A DNA stretch of 64,000 bases from Gemmatimonadota bacterium. GTDB taxonomy: Bacteria; Gemmatimonadota; Gemmatimonadetes; Gemmatimonadales; GWC2-71-9. Location: positions 9,332 through 73,331 of the forward strand of contig JBGQLP010000004.1 in NCBI GenBank assembly GCA_041500125.1, written 5' to 3'. This document shows, piece by piece, positions 61,304 to 64,000 of the stretch (the stretch's first letter is position 1; every line of letters starts with the position of its first letter). The position numbers were made by a program, and so were the translations under genes. The notes under the pieces are model-generated. The model was not told the DNA's origin. It saw only the letters and a program-made list of their open reading frames with translations, and ran no database searches.

Positions 61304-62747
61304 AGAACCTCTTCCGTTCGAAGGCTGCTCGTGCCGTGGGGTAGGCGCGATTGAGCTGCTCGGCGGTGGGATAGAGCTGGTAAGTGAGGTAGTAGGTTCC
61401 GTCTTGTTCGATCGCGGCATCGACCAGCTGCCGGGTGACGGCTGCCGCGTGATCCTGAGCGGCGCGGTCCAGCCCGACGTTGCTCATCTGGATGATGGCG
61501 AAGGCTGCACGCCGCGGTGCGTAGGCCAGGGCCGGCGTGGCATTGGGAGACACGTAGCGCACCGTCGAGCTCAGGACGTTCATCTTGCCGGCCACCAGGA
61601 TGTTCCTGAAGCGATCCATGAAGAGGACGAAGTTCTCGACCGGCACGTAGTATTCCTGGATGATGTCGGTGTTCCGCGGCGACCGGTAATCCAGCAGCTC
61701 CAGGGGCGCGAGCGGAGGACGCATCGAATTGTTGCGGGACATGATGCGAGCGTCTCCCGACCCCAGTTCGACTCGCTTCTGAAGCTTCCACCGCAGTGAC
61801 TTGGCCCACTCGAAGCGGCGGGAGAGACCGAAGAAGAACTTGTCCCGCCAGACGTTGGTCTCCTCGGTGAGCTCAAAGCTGCCGGCCTGGCCAGGCCGGG
61901 CCCGCCGCCAGCTCACCACCACCATCTCTCGCAGGAAGGAAGCGGGGCTGGGATCGATCGAAGGACGGGCCAGCATCAGCACCACTGCAGAGTCAGCTTT
62001 GATGTGCTGCGCGAAGTAGGCTGGAAACTCGGTGTAGTCCATGGAGGTCGCCCGCTGCTCATAGAGCTCGTCGCGGGTAACCCTGAGGGTCACATCCAGG
62101 ATCACGCCATACATACCGTACCCGCCAATGACGAGCGAGAAGAGCTCGGGGTTCTCGCTCCGGCTCACCGAGACCACCCGGCCGTCGGCCAGGAGCAGCC
62201 GGAAACTCTCGACCACCTCCACGAACTGGGTGACGTCGATATCGCGGCCGTGCGCGTTGGCGCTCAGTGTGCCCCCGACGGTGAAGATGTTCGACGACTG
62301 CATCACCTTGAGGGCCAGACCCCGAGGGGCGATCGCGCGTTGCACTTCATCCCAGGTGGCTCCGCTCTCGACCGTGATGGTCATCGCCACCGGATCGATG
62401 TCCCGAATCCGGTTGAAGCCGCGCATGTCGAGCACAATGCCGCCGGGCGTGTAGGTGTGGCCTCCTTGGCTATGCCGGCTGCCGGAGATCGACACCTTGA
62501 GCCTGCGCTGCCGTGCCTCCCGCAGAACAGCGCGCAGCTGCTCCAGCTCCCGGACCCGGTCCACTCGCTGCACCCGGGCCGGCGCCAGGCGGGCAACGTC
62601 GCTCCGAACCAGGGGATCATGCTTCCGGAAGATCTCGCCGTAGTCAATGACGAAGCTGCTGGAGTAGATGACCAGCAGGAGCAGAGTGCCGCCGAGAACG
62701 GCCGCCAGCCGTCCCGGAGAAAGGCGGCGGGTTGCTCGCCTCAGCAT
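61239..62747 (-). CDS. FAD-binding (FAD_binding_4 / PCMH-type) oxidoreductase with N-terminal membrane anchor
   Basis: 502 aa. TM (LAAVLGGTLLLLVIY). ISGSRHSQGGHTYTPGGIVLDMRGF and TVGGTLSANAHGRD motifs. Confidence 0.8.
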   Translation of the reverse strand: MLRRATRRLSPGRLAAVLGGTLLLLVIYSSSFVIDYGEIFRKHDPLVRSDVARLAPARVQRVDRVRELEQLRAVLREARQRRLKVSISGSRHSQGGHTYTPGGIVLDMRGFNRIRDIDPVAMTITVESGATWDEVQRAIAPRGLALKVMQSSNIFTVGGTLSANAHGRDIDVTQFVEVVESFRLLLADGRVVSVSRSENPELFSLVIGGYGMYGVILDVTLRVTRDELYEQRATSMDYTEFPAYFAQHIKADSAVVLMLARPSIDPSPASFLREMVVVSWRRARPGQAGSFELTEETNVWRDKFFFGLSRRFEWAKSLRWKLQKRVELGSGDARIMSRNNSMRPPLAPLELLDYRSPRNTDIIQEYYVPVENFVLFMDRFRNILVAGKMNVLSSTVRYVSPNATPALAYAPRRAAFAIIQMSNVGLDRAAQDHAAAVTRQLVDAAIEQDGTYYLTYQLYPTAEQLNRAYPTARAAFERKRFYDPDETFSNQFYALYGRNRAR

Positions 62748-62842
62748 GGGTCACCCGAGATGGTCGACATGGACTTCAGTATCGGAGGGGGTACAGCGGG
62801 TCTTAACGAAAACGGGGCGGCGGCCTTGGGGTTGCTGTCGCC

Positions 62843-63094
62843 CTACTTCCCCAGCTCCCGGGCACGCGCATCCACTGCATCCTTCGCGGTCTTGAGGTCG
62901 ACCCCGTGCAGCTGCCGGTACGCTTTGATAGCGGCGATCTTCTGGCCGGTCTGAAGCAGACCATCGATCCCTTCCGGACTTGGTGGGGCCGCGCCCAGAC
63001 TGGGCCGCCCGGCAGTACCGGCGCGCTCACCCCGCCGGCTCAGCGCCCCCAGCAAGAGAACCAGCGCGATGGCGCCCAACCAATACCAGCTCAT
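62843..63094 (-). CDS. Small membrane-anchored protein with ribosomal L7/L12 C-terminal-like motif
   Basis: 83 aa. TM (WYWLGAIALVLLLGAL), then GQKIAAIKAYRQLHGVDLKTAKDAVD, which resembles the L7/L12 CTD helix-turn pattern. Confidence 0.5.
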   Translation of the reverse strand: MSWYWLGAIALVLLLGALSRRGERAGTAGRPSLGAAPPSPEGIDGLLQTGQKIAAIKAYRQLHGVDLKTAKDAVDARARELGK

Positions 63095-63109
63095 TGACTC
63101 GTCTCCATC

Positions 63110-63421
63110 TCAGCCGGCTGACTCGGTTGGGAGCGGGACTGCGGCCTGGGGGCCGACTACCGTCGTCCAGGGCCGCACTCGCCATCGAGTCACCAGCCCC
63201 TGTTTGACGTACGGGTCACCCGCCGCGAATTCCTCGGCCACCGCCGGCGTCTCGCTCTCGAACAACAACACCGCGCCGTCAACCGGCTCCGCCAGCGCCC
63301 CGGCCAGCACCAACTCACCCCGCTCGACGAAGGGATGCGCGTACTGCAGATGGGCCCTTCGGTACGGCTGCCGGCGGGCCACATAGTCGTTCGCAACCTC
63401 ATAGAAGAGCAAATAGTGCAT
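63110..63421 (-). CDS. YciI family protein
   Basis: ORF 63110..63538 trimmed to ATG 63421. MHYLLFYEVANDYVARRQPYRRAHLQYAHPFVERGELVLAGAL...DPYVKQGLV. 103 aa. Confidence 0.85.
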   Translation of the reverse strand: MHYLLFYEVANDYVARRQPYRRAHLQYAHPFVERGELVLAGALAEPVDGAVLLFESETPAVAEEFAAGDPYVKQGLVTRWRVRPWTTVVGPQAAVPLPTESAG

Positions 63422-63518
63422 GCAGCCCTCCATCCCCGCAAACCCCCGGGGAGAACGAGTTTCACCGATGGCGCGTGTCTTGCCTTTCGCACCGCTATCC
63501 CCAACCGATGCGGCCCCG

Positions 63519-64000
63519 ATGCTCAGGAACAGTGCCAATCATCATGTCCGATTGCAATACGCGCTCGCGGTTTGCGGGACGCTGGTGCTGGCAGCCTGCG
63601 CCTCCAAGTACTCCCAGGTTCCGGCTCGCCTGGAACTGGCGCCCTACGGTCGCGTCGCGCTGGTCACCTTCACAGCCGATCAACCCAACACTGGAATGAG
63701 CTCGCTCGCCACCCAGCGATTTGCCGAAGCGCTCCTGGCGAGCCAGACCGGCTTCGAGCTGCTCGAGCTGGGCGGCGCCGATTCATCGCTGAAGGATCTG
63801 TCCCCGAGCACCGATGCCGCTGAGCTGGCCCAGGCGCTGGGCAAGAGGAAGAACGTGCCCGCGGTATTCGTGGGCTTCCTCAAGGTGTCGAACATGAAGC
63901 CGAGCGGACATATCGATGGCTCGGGAATGAACGTCCGGGCCGGTGTCTCTGCCGAGCTCACGGTACGCTTGCTGTCCACCAGCACCGGTGGAACGGTGTG
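63519..64000 (+). CDS. Lipoprotein, N-terminal part (gene runs off the window end)
   Basis: Absent from the ORF track (no stop inside the window). ATG 63519 gives MLRNSANHHVRLQYALAVCGTLVLAACASKYSQVPARLELAPYGRVALVTFTAD..., with lipobox LAAC. Open reading frame to position 64000. Confidence 0.55.
   Translation, partial: MLRNSANHHVRLQYALAVCGTLVLAACASKYSQVPARLELAPYGRVALVTFTADQPNTGMSSLATQRFAEALLASQTGFELLELGGADSSLKDLSPSTDAAELAQALGKRKNVPAVFVGFLKVSNMKPSGHIDGSGMNVRAGVSAELTVRLLSTSTGGTV

Overview
High-GC bacterial chromosomal segment (about two-thirds G+C by eye), densely coding with about 60 genes. Most are housekeeping or central-metabolism genes. Taxon cannot be established from the sequence alone; the gene content would fit a soil phylum such as Gemmatimonadota or Acidobacteriota (inference only).

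Recognisable genes, in order:
- pirin, glutamate dehydrogenase, DinB, citrate synthase (gltA), arginine decarboxylase (speA)
- M50 site-2 protease with CBS domains, M1 metallopeptidase, tandem cupredoxin-like lipoprotein, thermonuclease, TIGR01777 epimerase
- queC-queE, HD-domain protein plus 5'-nucleotidase
- signalling trio: GGDEF cyclase, CGNR zinc finger, tandem pseudokinase-kinase
- cspA, infA
- a 13-kb co-directional minus-strand array: PIG-L deacetylase, ABC importer, MFS, DUF2339, Tat/GatC-like small protein, amidase, PepF
- DUF971, sigma-70 factor, pntAA-pntAB-pntB, thrA-thrB-thrC, PQQ-type sugar dehydrogenase, SWIB-domain protein, ettA
- glycogen cluster (glgP, glgA, two GH57 enzymes)
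- a membrane-associated FAD-oxidase/GDPD operon, YciI

I saw no rRNA, tRNA, CRISPR, transposase, integrase, phage or recognisable defence genes.

The most unusual signal is non-coding. Several families of short-unit (7-8 nt) tandem-repeat palindromes sit exactly at gene ends. They often begin on the stop codon itself and place stops in all three frames on both strands. One related copy appears to be embedded in-frame inside a coding sequence.

Secondary candidates are a Tat-signal GatC-like mini-protein coupled to a signal-less amidase, a JAK-like pseudokinase-kinase fusion, and a likely deletion remnant of a two-gene membrane locus.

CDS coordinates derive from the ORF track, with starts refined by codon counting. 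Coordinates of non-coding features were indexed by hand and may be off by 1-2 nt.
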